Positions 26,168 to 35,561 of a DNA stretch of 64,000 nt are shown one piece after another. Each line of letters opens with the position of its first letter. The first letter of the stretch is position 1. Below the pieces are notes generated by a model, which was not told where the DNA came from, searched no databases, and saw nothing but the letters and a program-made list of their open reading frames with translations. The position numbers were made by a program, and so were the translations under genes. Source of the DNA: an uncultured Acidimicrobiales bacterium. GTDB lineage: Bacteria; Actinomycetota; Acidimicrobiia; Acidimicrobiales; Bin134. The stretch covers positions 853,029 to 917,028 of the forward strand of contig OX638350.1 in assembly GCA_951813325.1 (NCBI GenBank). Reading direction: 5' to 3'.

Positions 26168-27556
26168 TCAGGAGTTCCGGCCCAATGCTCCCTTATAGGC
26201 AGCGAGGGTGCGCTGGCGGGCCTCAGCGTGGTCGACAATTGGGTAGGGATAGCTAACTCCAAGGGTCAGATCGGCCGAGGCCAGGTCCAACGGTTTGGCC
26301 AGCCAGGGAGCGTGGATTGCCTTGTCGTCCAGACGAGCCAACTCTGGTAGCCAGTGCCGAAGGTAGCGGCCCGCGGGGTCGAACTTTCGACTCTGCGAAA
26401 CCGGATTGAACACTCGGAAATAAGGGGCGGCATCGGGTCCGGTTCCGGCCACCCACTGCCAGTTGCCCGCGTTCTGGGCCAGGTCGCCGTCGGTGAGCAT
26501 CCGCCGGAACCATCGCTCGCCTCGACGCCAGTCGATCAGCAGGTCTTTCACCAAAAACGACGCGGCGACCATGCGCAGCCGATTGTGCATCCATCCGGTG
26601 GCGGCCAGCTCTCGCATGGCGGCGTCGACGATCGGGTAGCCGGTTTGGCCGCGGCGCCAGGCGTCGAAGCAGGCGTCGGCCCCATGACCAGTTTCCCAGA
26701 CGATGCGGTCGTACTCGAGACGAAGACTCGCCCGGTAGATGTCCGGGTTCTCGGCGGTGAGGTGGGTGTACCAGTCCCGCCACGCCAACTGGCGTACAAA
26801 ACCGGTGCGGCCCGGCGTATGGGTGCCGACGGAAGCTACCACGTGTCGTGGCGACAGCAGCCCGAAATGCAGCGCGGCGGAGAGCGCCGACGTGCCCTCG
26901 ATCGCCGGGAAGTCGCGGTCGTCGTCGTAGCCGTCTACCCGCTCCTGCCACCGGTCGAGCTGGCTCAGGGCATCGTGCTCGCTCCACGGTTCCTTCAGTT
27001 CGTCACCAAGGGCATCATGTAGAGCCATTCCGGGGGGTGGGGCGAGAACAGAGGCCGAGCCGGGCTCGACTTCCTCAGACATTGGAGTTTGAATCCAGCG
27101 GCTGAAGAAGGGGGTGAACACCCGTGACAGCGTCCCGGCCGCAGTGAGCACTTGACCGGGGGCGTGGACCACCGTTCCCCAGTGGGCATCCAGCGGCATA
27201 TCCAGCGCCTCGGCGACCCGCTGGTCTCTAGCTGTGGACCACCGGGTGACGTCGGCGTTCATTGTCACCTTCTGGGCCCCGATCTCAGCCGCAACCTGAG
27301 GCACCGCCTCGGCCGGATCGCCCACCGCCACCCGCAGCCCGCTTCCCTCAGCTCGCAGAGATTGGTCCAATCCAGCCAATGCCGCTAGATATGCCCGACG
27401 CCGCCACGGCCCGGCTCCAGACAGCAATGCCGGCTCGATCACCACCAATGCCGCTGCATCGCTAACGGCGGTGGCCGCCGCCCACGACGGGTTGTCGTGC
27501 AATCGCAGGTCGCGCCGGAACCAGGCCAACGCCACAGAGGCCATGCTGCCCGACAT
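26168..27556 (-). CDS. phr: Deoxyribodipyrimidine photolyase (class I CPD photolyase/cryptochrome family)
   Basis: ALAWFRRDLRLHDNPSW at the N-terminus and the FAD-binding block WMHNRLRMVAASFLVKDLLIDWRRGERWF…GNWQWVAGTG. Start trimmed to ATG 27556. The track's upstream 69 codons overlap the divergent neighbour's leader. Confidence 0.92.
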   Translation of the reverse strand: MSGSMASVALAWFRRDLRLHDNPSWAAATAVSDAAALVVIEPALLSGAGPWRRRAYLAALAGLDQSLRAEGSGLRVAVGDPAEAVPQVAAEIGAQKVTMNADVTRWSTARDQRVAEALDMPLDAHWGTVVHAPGQVLTAAGTLSRVFTPFFSRWIQTPMSEEVEPGSASVLAPPPGMALHDALGDELKEPWSEHDALSQLDRWQERVDGYDDDRDFPAIEGTSALSAALHFGLLSPRHVVASVGTHTPGRTGFVRQLAWRDWYTHLTAENPDIYRASLRLEYDRIVWETGHGADACFDAWRRGQTGYPIVDAAMRELAATGWMHNRLRMVAASFLVKDLLIDWRRGERWFRRMLTDGDLAQNAGNWQWVAGTGPDAAPYFRVFNPVSQSRKFDPAGRYLRHWLPELARLDDKAIHAPWLAKPLDLASADLTLGVSYPYPIVDHAEARQRTLAAYKGALGRNS

Positions 27557-27634
27557 TATGGCCTCGTTAGGCAGAAGACCGAGGTCTCCTCCGTCGCGGA
27601 AACTCCCATCGCTACACCGGTAGTGTGCTCGGCG

Positions 27635-29116
27635 ATGGAGTTGGTGATCGGCTCGGTGTTCGACAACGCGGCCGCCGCGGTGCCTGCCCGCCCGGCGGTG
27701 ACCCTGGGCGGGCAGACGCTCACCTATGGGGAGCTGAGTCGCCAAGCCAACCAGATGGGCCATGTGCTGGCCGGACTCGGGGTGGGCCGAGGCGACCGGG
27801 TGGTCACCTGGAGCGACAACAACCTGGAGTCAGTGGCGCTGTTCGTTGCCTTGGCCCGAGCCGGTGCCGTGTTCGCTCCGGCCAACGCCCGGCTGTCGCC
27901 TGACGAGGCCGCCGAGATGGTGGGCCTCGCCCGGCCCCGGCTTCTGGTGACCGATACCGGCCACGCTGAGGCCGGCCAGGCGGTGGCCGAGACGGTAGGG
28001 GTGCCCCTGGTGCGGTTGGGCGGGACCGGGCCGGGTCTCGACTTGGCGTCTGAGGCCAGATCAGCTTCGACGGCTTCGCTGTCGCCGTCGGGCGTGGGAG
28101 AATCCGAACCCCACGCGGTGTTTTTCACCAGTGGGAGCACCGGCAAGTCGAAGGGCGTAGTGCTGTCGCACCGGTGCAACTGGCTCCGCACCCGCACCCC
28201 CGCACTCCTTGAGCCCCGCGGTGCCACGGTGTGCATGTACCCGATGTTCCACATGGGGGCGTGGACCATCGCCCTTCAGGCCTGGCAGGCCCGGGGTCTC
28301 GTTGTATTCACCGACCGGGCCGAAGCCGATGTGTTGATTGACGCAGTGCAGGCCCATCAGGCCGCCTACATGAACTGCATACCCGCAGTGTGGCGCCGAG
28401 TGCTGGAAGCCGGCCGGCATCAAGACATGGCGTCGCTGCGGTTCGCCACCTCCGGCACCTCGGCCACCCCGCCGGAGTTGCTGGCCGACTTGAAGGCCGC
28501 GTTTCCCGAAGCTCATCGGCGGGTGTTCTATGGGTCCACCGAAGCTGGTTCGGTGACCATGTTGGACGACGCCGACATGGAGTCCCGGCCGGGAAGCTGC
28601 GGTCAGGCCCATACGGGTGCGGAAGTGCGGCTAGACCGGGGCGAGCTGCAAACTCGATCCCCGTTCATGTTTGACGGCTACTTCGACAATCCCAAAGCCA
28701 CCGCGGAGGTATTCACCGACGACGGCTGGTTCTGCACCGGCGACCTGGCTGAGGTGGACGGCGACGGCTTCTACTCCATCACCGGCCGAGTCAAAGACGT
28801 GATCCGCACCGGCGGCGAGACGGTGTCGCCTGCTGAAGTTGAAAGCCATCTAGCCGACTTTCCCGGCGCGGCCGAGATGGCTGTGGTGGGCATCCCCGAC
28901 GACCGCTGGGGCGAGGTGGTGTGCGCCGTCTTCGTGCTGGCCCCGGGTGCGGCCCTGCCCACTCCCGACGACGTGCGGGTCCACTTGAGCGACCGCTTGG
29001 CCCGGTACAAGCACCCCCGTCGCATCGAGACCTTGGACGCCATCCCCCGAACCCCCGCTACCCTCCAAGTCCGCCGCCGCGAAGTGGTAGCGGCCATATT
29101 GGCAACCAGTGGCTAG
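27635..29116 (+). CDS. Acyl-CoA synthetase (AMP-forming, ANL superfamily)
   Basis: FFTSGSTGKSKGV AMP-binding motif plus GWFCTGDLA and GGETVSPAEVE. Start trimmed to ATG 27635 (MELVIGSVFD…). The track ORF starts at 27497. Confidence 0.9.
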   Translation: MELVIGSVFDNAAAAVPARPAVTLGGQTLTYGELSRQANQMGHVLAGLGVGRGDRVVTWSDNNLESVALFVALARAGAVFAPANARLSPDEAAEMVGLARPRLLVTDTGHAEAGQAVAETVGVPLVRLGGTGPGLDLASEARSASTASLSPSGVGESEPHAVFFTSGSTGKSKGVVLSHRCNWLRTRTPALLEPRGATVCMYPMFHMGAWTIALQAWQARGLVVFTDRAEADVLIDAVQAHQAAYMNCIPAVWRRVLEAGRHQDMASLRFATSGTSATPPELLADLKAAFPEAHRRVFYGSTEAGSVTMLDDADMESRPGSCGQAHTGAEVRLDRGELQTRSPFMFDGYFDNPKATAEVFTDDGWFCTGDLAEVDGDGFYSITGRVKDVIRTGGETVSPAEVESHLADFPGAAEMAVVGIPDDRWGEVVCAVFVLAPGAALPTPDDVRVHLSDRLARYKHPRRIETLDAIPRTPATLQVRRREVVAAILATSG

Positions 29117-30066
29117 TACTCCTCGTCGGGGTTGACGATCCCATAGAGGGGGAGGCCGGAGAGGCGGCGCCGGAGGTTGTCGGCGAAGGGGGCAATGAGC
29201 AGGTCCCAGGAGTCGGGCATGCACCAGGAGACGTGGGCGCTCAACCGGACCTGGGGGTGGCTGTAGAGCCAGTGGCCCTGCGGCAGCGGCTCGGGTTCCA
29301 CCGTGTCCAGTGAGGCTCGGGCGATGTGCCCGTCGTCGAGAGCGGCCCGCAGGGCGTCTTGGTCGATGAGGTCTCCCCGGGCGATGTTGACGATGTGGGC
29401 TCCCGGCTTTGTGGCAGCCAGGGCAGCGGCATCCAGTAGGTGGCGCGTGGCCGAAGTAGCCGGAGCGGCCACCACGATGTGGTCGGAGCGGGCCAGCAAC
29501 TCGGTAAGCGAGCTGGCGATCTCCACCCCTTCCATTGGGGAAGGCGCGGCGGTGCGGCGAATGGCCAGCACCGACATGTCGAAGGCTAGGGCCCGGCGGG
29601 CCACCGCAGTGCCGATGCCACCCAGTCCGATCAGTCCCAGCGTCTTTCCGTAGAGGGCGCCGAGATCGGCGGTGAACCACCGCTCGGGCGGGTCTTGGAG
29701 CCACACTCCGGGCAGATCCTTCTCGAAGGCCAGCATCATGGCCAGACACCACTCCGAGATGGCGATGGCCCCGGCTCCCCGGGAGCAGGTCATCACCCGG
29801 TCGCCCAGCAGCTCGAGCGGAAATCCGTCGATCCCGGTGCTGGTCACGTGAACCCACTCCACGCCCCGGTCCAGGAGCTCAGCCAGATTGGGATAGCCCC
29901 GGGGGATGGTCAGCAGTACGTCGCCGGACGCATCCTCGGGGATGTCGCCCTGGCGGGGCACGTACACGAAATCCACGTCGTTGAATTGGTCGAACAGTGG
30001 GTCGAGCCGTCCGTCGTCCATGTGGTGTAGCACTCGCACGGGCTGAAGCCTAGAGACTGTCGGCAT
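29113..30066 (-). CDS. D-isomer-specific 2-hydroxyacid dehydrogenase family (NAD-binding)
   Basis: GKTLGLIGLGGIGTAVARR dinucleotide fold and HIVNIARGDLIDQDAL. Start is uncertain (30066 preferred, track 30135). Confidence 0.85.
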   Translation of the reverse strand: MPTVSRLQPVRVLHHMDDGRLDPLFDQFNDVDFVYVPRQGDIPEDASGDVLLTIPRGYPNLAELLDRGVEWVHVTSTGIDGFPLELLGDRVMTCSRGAGAIAISEWCLAMMLAFEKDLPGVWLQDPPERWFTADLGALYGKTLGLIGLGGIGTAVARRALAFDMSVLAIRRTAAPSPMEGVEIASSLTELLARSDHIVVAAPATSATRHLLDAAALAATKPGAHIVNIARGDLIDQDALRAALDDGHIARASLDTVEPEPLPQGHWLYSHPQVRLSAHVSWCMPDSWDLLIAPFADNLRRRLSGLPLYGIVNPDEEY

Positions 30067-30111
30067 TTCCCGACTCGGTTGCCGCGGAATCCGACCGCGT
30101 AAGGTCGAGCC

Positions 30112-31341
30112 GTGAAATCTGAGGCTTTGTCGCATATCCGCATCTGCGACTTCACCGGACAGCTGGCCGGAGCAGGTGCCACCCGATGGATGGCCGCCTT
30201 CGGCGCTGAGGTCATCCGCATTGAGGATCCGGTGCGCCTGGGCAAATGGGATGTGCTCCGGGGAACGTCACCGTTCGTTGACGAACGCCGGGGCCACGAG
30301 TTCGGCGGCTGCTTCAACAACCACAACGTGGAGAAGCTGGGGGTCACGCTCAACCTCCGCACCGAGCGGGGCAAAGAGCTGCTGACCGAGATCATCGCGG
30401 TGAGCGATGCGGTGACCGAGAACTTCGCCGCTGGGGTGCTGGAGCGACTGGGCTTCGGATACGACCGCCTGAAGAAGATCAAGCCCGACATCTTGTACGT
30501 GTCCAACTGCGGGTTCGGCCACGTCGGCCCCTACCGCAAGTACAAGACGTGGGGGCCGATCGTGCAGGCTTGCTGCGGGCTCACGTTCACCTCCGGGCTG
30601 CCCGACATGCCTTCGGCCGGGTGGGGCTACTCCTACATGGACCACCACGGTGGGAACTTCATGGCCATGGCCATCATGGCCGGGCTCATCCACCGCAACC
30701 GCACCGGCGAGGGCCAGTGGATCGACATGTCGTGTACCGATGCCGGGGCCACCATGCTCGGCCCGGTGGCGCTGGACTACACAGTGAACGGCCGGCCGCT
30801 GCGGCGCGACGGCATGCCCTACTCCAACCGCAGCCAGTTCCCGGCTATGGCCCCCCACGGCATCTATGAGGCTGACGGTCACGACGCCTGGCTGGCCCTT
30901 GCGGCCCGGGACGACCGCGACTGGCAGGCCATCGCCGGGCTTATGGACATCGACGACCGCCGGTACGACGACCTCCCCGGCCGGCTCGCCCACGAGGACG
31001 AGCTGGACGACGCGGTGCGGGCGTGGACCTCGGCTCGTGACCGGTTCAAGGCGGCTGCCGAGTTGCAAGCCTCAGGCGTGCCCGCTGCCGGGGTGGCCAA
31101 GCCGGTGGACCGGATCGACAACGACCCCAACACCGAGGCCTGGGGGTTGTGGCCCACCGTTACTCACGGGGAGATGGGCCGTGTCCGAGTCGATGGCATC
31201 CCCGCCCACTTCTCGGAAACCGACTGGGTTCTGGGACAAGGCGGCCCCCTGCTGGGCCAGCACAATCGCCAAGTGCTCGGCGGCTTGCTGGGCCTGTCCG
31301 ATGGCGAGTTGGCCGACCTGGCCGCCGAGGGGGTGATCTGA
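30112..31341 (+). CDS. Family III CoA-transferase (CaiB/BaiF type)
   Basis: 409-aa ORF with IRICDFTGQLAGAGATRWMAAFGAEVIRIE at the N-terminus, typical of the family. Stop overlaps the next paralogue's ATG (TGATG). Confidence 0.88.
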   Translation: MKSEALSHIRICDFTGQLAGAGATRWMAAFGAEVIRIEDPVRLGKWDVLRGTSPFVDERRGHEFGGCFNNHNVEKLGVTLNLRTERGKELLTEIIAVSDAVTENFAAGVLERLGFGYDRLKKIKPDILYVSNCGFGHVGPYRKYKTWGPIVQACCGLTFTSGLPDMPSAGWGYSYMDHHGGNFMAMAIMAGLIHRNRTGEGQWIDMSCTDAGATMLGPVALDYTVNGRPLRRDGMPYSNRSQFPAMAPHGIYEADGHDAWLALAARDDRDWQAIAGLMDIDDRRYDDLPGRLAHEDELDDAVRAWTSARDRFKAAAELQASGVPAAGVAKPVDRIDNDPNTEAWGLWPTVTHGEMGRVRVDGIPAHFSETDWVLGQGGPLLGQHNRQVLGGLLGLSDGELADLAAEGVI

Positions 31342-32582
31342 TGGCCGGCAACGACCTTCCTGGCGCGCTGGAGGGCACCCGCGTGGTGGAGCTGGCCGGG
31401 GAGGCTTCGGCGTTTGCCGGGCAGATGCTGGCCGGCATGGGGGCCGAGGTCATCGTGGTGGAGCCTCCCGGCGGCCATCACACCCGGAGCTTCGAACCGT
31501 TCTTGGACAACGAGCCCGGACTGGAGCGCAGCCTGTGGTGGTGGCACTACAACGTCTCCAAGCTGAGTGTGACCCTGGACATGGACGACGACGCCGACCG
31601 GGAGAGGTTCTGCTCGTTGGTCGGCACGGCCGATGTGGTGTTGGAGTCGGAGCGGCCGGGACGGCTCGCCGACATGGGCATTGACCACGACGTGTTGCGG
31701 GCCGATCACCCTGAGTTGATTTGGGTGTCGCTCACTCCGTTTGGGCACAGCGGGCCGCGGTCTCAAGAAGAGAGCATCGACTTGACGGTGCTGGCTGCGG
31801 GCGGGCCAGTATGGAACTGCGGATACGACGACCATGCCATCCCCCCACAGCGGGGCGGCGGCAATCAGGGCTATCAAACTGGGTCGATTTTCGCGGTGCT
31901 CTCAGCCCAGACCGCGCTCTTGGCTCGTGATCGCACCGGCCATGGACAGTTTGTGGATGTGAGCCTTCACGCGGCCGCCAATGTGACCACTGAGTTCGGC
32001 TCCGTGCAGTGGTTGGTCGCTGGCGCCGAAGTGCAGCGCCAGACCGGCAGGCACGCGGCCGTGGAACCCACCACGTTCACCCGGGCACTGTCGGTGGACG
32101 GCATCGACGTGAATACCGGATTCCCGCCCCGCTCGGCCCGGGACTTCGGCGTGGTGCTGTCGTGGATGGAAGTCCTGGGGTTGAAAGACCAATTCGAAGA
32201 AGCATTTTTCCTAGAGATGGGCGCCGCGCTTGAAGAGGATCTGCACTTGTCTCAGGTGGGCCAGGATGCCGAAGCCACCGCCATCTTCGGTGCCGGTCGG
32301 GAGGCGGTGCGGTTCATCGCCCAGAACGTGACCGCCTATGAGTTCTTCATCGGTGCCCAGGAGCGGGGCTTGGCGGTGGGCATCATTTACTCCCCCGAGG
32401 AGGTGTTGGCCGACCCCCATTTCCAGGAGCGAGGCTTCCCCGTCGAAGTGGAGCACGAGGACTTGGGCCGCAGCTTCACCTATTTGGGGGCACCGTACAT
32501 CGCCCCCAAATCCCCCTATCGCATCCGCCACCGGGCCCCCCACGTGGGCGAGCACAACCATATCCTCGAAGCTCTCAGCTGA
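31341..32582 (+). CDS. Family III CoA-transferase (CaiB/BaiF type), paralogue of the upstream gene
   Basis: MAGNDLPGALEGTRVVELAGEASAFAGQMLAGMGAEVIVVEPPGG. Start trimmed to ATG 31341 (track 31149). Confidence 0.88.
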   Translation: MAGNDLPGALEGTRVVELAGEASAFAGQMLAGMGAEVIVVEPPGGHHTRSFEPFLDNEPGLERSLWWWHYNVSKLSVTLDMDDDADRERFCSLVGTADVVLESERPGRLADMGIDHDVLRADHPELIWVSLTPFGHSGPRSQEESIDLTVLAAGGPVWNCGYDDHAIPPQRGGGNQGYQTGSIFAVLSAQTALLARDRTGHGQFVDVSLHAAANVTTEFGSVQWLVAGAEVQRQTGRHAAVEPTTFTRALSVDGIDVNTGFPPRSARDFGVVLSWMEVLGLKDQFEEAFFLEMGAALEEDLHLSQVGQDAEATAIFGAGREAVRFIAQNVTAYEFFIGAQERGLAVGIIYSPEEVLADPHFQERGFPVEVEHEDLGRSFTYLGAPYIAPKSPYRIRHRAPHVGEHNHILEALS

Positions 32583-33760
32583 TGCCTTCCCGACACCCGG
32601 TCATCTGCGGCATCGGCCTCAGCGACTATCCGGTGGTGCCCCATTTGAACTCGGTGCAGCACCATGCCCTGGCCGCCCGGCGGGCTATTGCCGACTGCGG
32701 CATCGAGAAGTCGGCCATCGACGGATACGTGAGCACCAGCGGCGGAGGACCGGGCCAAGGTGATGATGCCGTGTCCATGGCCGAATACCTGGGGGTGAGC
32801 CACCGCTACATCGATGGAACCATGGTGGGTGGCTCGTCGTTCGAATTCCATGTGCAGCACGCCGCCGCTGCTATTCGCCAAGGGCTGTGCGACACCGTGT
32901 TGGTCACCTACGGCTCCGACCAGCTCACCCGCATGGGCCGGGTGCTGGGCACCGGCGGATTTCAGCGCGACGCCCAGCCGGTGGCCGGAGCCATGCAGAT
33001 GGCCACGCCCTACGGCCTGCCCCTGGTGGGGGCCTACGCCCTGGCCGCCCGCCGCCACATGCACGAGTTCGGCACCACCTCGGAGCAATTGGCCGAGATC
33101 GCGGTGGGGGTTCGAGAGTTCGCCGGTCTCAACCCCGATGCCCGCTACCGCGATCCCATCAAGGTGGACGACGTGGTGAACAGCCGCATGATCGCCGATC
33201 CGCTGCACAAGCTGGACTGCTGCGTGATCACCGACGGAGGTGGCGCGCTGGTGATGACCACCGAGGAAATTGCCCGCGACCTGAGCCAGCCCCCGGTCTA
33301 TGTATTGGGCGCGGCGGGCACCCAGACCCACTGGAACATCCACCAGATGCCCGACTTCACCGAGATGGGAGCGGCGGTCTGCGGCCCAGAGGCATTCGGC
33401 CAGGCCGGGGTGACGCCGGCCGACATCGACACCGCCCAGCTCTATGACAGCTTCACCATCACCGTGTTGTTGATGCTGGAGGGCTTGGGCTTCTGCGGTC
33501 GGGGCGAGGGTGGCGCTTACGTAGAGGAGGGCCACTTACGCCGTGGCGGGTCGATGCCCACCAACACCGACGGCGGGGGACTGTCGTCCAACCATCCCGG
33601 GATGCGGGGCATCTTCTTGCTGATTGAGGCAGTGCGCCAGCTCCGGGGCGGCGCAGGCGAGGCCCAGGTGCCGGACGCCGAGTTAGCCTTGGCTTGCGGG
33701 TCGGGCGGCTGGCTGTCGGCCATCGGCACCGTCATTGTAGGTAAGGACCGGCCCTCATGA
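32582..33760 (+). CDS. Thiolase-like protein (SCP-x/lipid-transfer-protein Ltp type)
   Basis: 392-aa ORF with thiolase-fold C-terminal blocks NTDGGGLSSNHPGMRG and ALACGSGG. Its stop overlaps the DUF35 gene start by 4 nt. Confidence 0.85.
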   Translation: MPSRHPVICGIGLSDYPVVPHLNSVQHHALAARRAIADCGIEKSAIDGYVSTSGGGPGQGDDAVSMAEYLGVSHRYIDGTMVGGSSFEFHVQHAAAAIRQGLCDTVLVTYGSDQLTRMGRVLGTGGFQRDAQPVAGAMQMATPYGLPLVGAYALAARRHMHEFGTTSEQLAEIAVGVREFAGLNPDARYRDPIKVDDVVNSRMIADPLHKLDCCVITDGGGALVMTTEEIARDLSQPPVYVLGAAGTQTHWNIHQMPDFTEMGAAVCGPEAFGQAGVTPADIDTAQLYDSFTITVLLMLEGLGFCGRGEGGAYVEEGHLRRGGSMPTNTDGGGLSSNHPGMRGIFLLIEAVRQLRGGAGEAQVPDAELALACGSGGWLSAIGTVIVGKDRPS

Positions 33761-34173
33761 GGGTTGTCCGCGATCTTGAGTGGCAAGGGCTGGTCCCCGC
33801 CGGCGAAGGGGAGTATGGCGAGTTCTTTGCCGCCGCAGCCAAGGGCCGCCTGCTCATCCAGCAGTGCCCCGAATGCGGCCACCGCCAGCATTACCCCCGA
33901 GCGCTATGCACGGCCTGCGCCGCTGTGCCCGAGTGGATGGAGGCCGCCGGCACCGGCAACGTCTACACCTACACCGTGGTCCGCCAATACGGGGTACCGG
34001 CCTTCGCCGAGTTGCCCTACGTTCTGGCCATGATCGACCTCCCCGAGGGAGTGAGAATGTTCGGCGGCCTCACCGGCATCGACCCCGATAATGTCGAGAT
34101 CGGCATGCCCGTCACCGCCTACGCCCGCACCTACGACGACACCCACGCCATGATCTTCTGGGAACCCGCCTGA
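33757..34173 (+). CDS. DUF35 Zn-ribbon/OB-fold protein (thiolase partner)
   Basis: 138-aa ORF with rubredoxin-like CPECGHRQHYPRALCTAC followed by an OB-fold-like region. Confidence 0.85.
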   Translation: MRVVRDLEWQGLVPAGEGEYGEFFAAAAKGRLLIQQCPECGHRQHYPRALCTACAAVPEWMEAAGTGNVYTYTVVRQYGVPAFAELPYVLAMIDLPEGVRMFGGLTGIDPDNVEIGMPVTAYARTYDDTHAMIFWEPA

Positions 34174-34175
34174 CG

Positions 34176-35504
34176 ATGGATAATCCGTCTATTCCGCCTC
34201 CGCCATTGCCGCCGTCCCTGCCCAACTCTTACTCGCCGGTAGGACAGCCATCGATGCTACGCATGATCCTGTTGCTGTCTGGCTCGGCATTCTTAACTGT
34301 ATTCCACACAACTTCTTTTCTTGTAGCACTTGAAAACGACGTGAGCTTTGATGAAGCTCGATGGGGTATCTTTGCATTCCATCTTGCTTCAGGAGTCTTT
34401 CTGGTGCCCATGGGTTTGCTGGCTGATCAGGTGGGAAGAAAGCGGCTGTTCTTATTTGGCGTGACTGTTTTTGTAGTAGGGCTGACTGCTGAAGCAGTTG
34501 CTTCAGACTGGAAGATACTAATAGCGGCAGGAATCGTTAGTGCAATAGGAAATGCAGCAGTCATCCCATCTGGAGTCGCTTTGCTGCTTATGACTGTGCC
34601 TGCTCACCGAAGGTCAACAGCAATTGGCGGCTACTACTCAATGTATGGAGTGGTCTTCATAGTGAGCGCTGCAATCTTAGGAGGAGTTGACCAGGTCAAC
34701 AGAAATTGGATGATTCCCATATACATTTTGATTGGACTAGTCACAATATGGTGGGGACAGGATGAACTGGTCGAATCGAGTGGAGTGGTCAAGCAGAATG
34801 ATCAGGATGCATACAGTAATCTCTCAATTCATCAAGAATATACAAATGAATACGTAGTATCCAGTTCAAATGTACTTATGAATCAGAACTTGCTACTGGC
34901 CAGTTGCGTGGGAATGGCATATCTTGCTGGGGTTGGAGTCTCTATTTTTGGGTTGAGTAAATATTTCGACGACATCTGGACGGACAACCTAAATGCAGTT
35001 CGGATCGCTTTTGTGCTGGCCAGCGTTGTCGTTGGAACTCTATTGCTTCCGTATTGGGCGGGGAAATTTGCAGACCGAAAGGGCCACCGTGTGCTAATGA
35101 TTGTGGTCGTCGCTTACCTTCTGGTCTTTTGTCTGGGATCTTTGCTGCTTACTGAGGGAAGAGATCTACCGATTGTATTGTGGTTTGGGTCTGTTGTCTT
35201 GCTAATCTCTAGCAGAGGTATAGCTTCTGCCGTCATCGAGGGTGCTGCGGTGCAATTGCTGCCGATTCGTCGACTTGCTGTCGGAGCGGCTATTTTCCAC
35301 TTTGCTCTCTTTCTTGGAACGGTTATTTCAACCTACACCTTTATTTTCGTGAACTGGACAACGAGTGGTTATCTTGAAGAGCAGCGTTGGCTATTTGGGT
35401 TGGGAACGGTGTTCGCCGCCGGAGCATTAGCAGCTAGCTGGATTGGGATTCGGCCATCTCGTAGACCGGCGAGCGGCGAGGAGAGCATCGCAACCATAGA
35501 CTGA
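34176..35504 (+). CDS. MFS transporter (12-TMS type) with strongly atypical, A/T-rich codon usage
   Basis: 442-aa hydrophobic ORF with motif A GLLADQVGRKRLF. From about 34250 to 35400, codon third positions are mostly A/T (tta act gta ttc cac aca act tct ttt ctt…), unlike every neighbouring gene. Confidence 0.85.
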   Translation: MDNPSIPPPPLPPSLPNSYSPVGQPSMLRMILLLSGSAFLTVFHTTSFLVALENDVSFDEARWGIFAFHLASGVFLVPMGLLADQVGRKRLFLFGVTVFVVGLTAEAVASDWKILIAAGIVSAIGNAAVIPSGVALLLMTVPAHRRSTAIGGYYSMYGVVFIVSAAILGGVDQVNRNWMIPIYILIGLVTIWWGQDELVESSGVVKQNDQDAYSNLSIHQEYTNEYVVSSSNVLMNQNLLLASCVGMAYLAGVGVSIFGLSKYFDDIWTDNLNAVRIAFVLASVVVGTLLLPYWAGKFADRKGHRVLMIVVVAYLLVFCLGSLLLTEGRDLPIVLWFGSVVLLISSRGIASAVIEGAAVQLLPIRRLAVGAAIFHFALFLGTVISTYTFIFVNWTTSGYLEEQRWLFGLGTVFAAGALAASWIGIRPSRRPASGEESIATID

Positions 35505-35561
35505 ATGCCCGTTTGCTCCCTCGGTGGGATTCTGGCTCGGCGTACAGGCCATGATGGGGCC

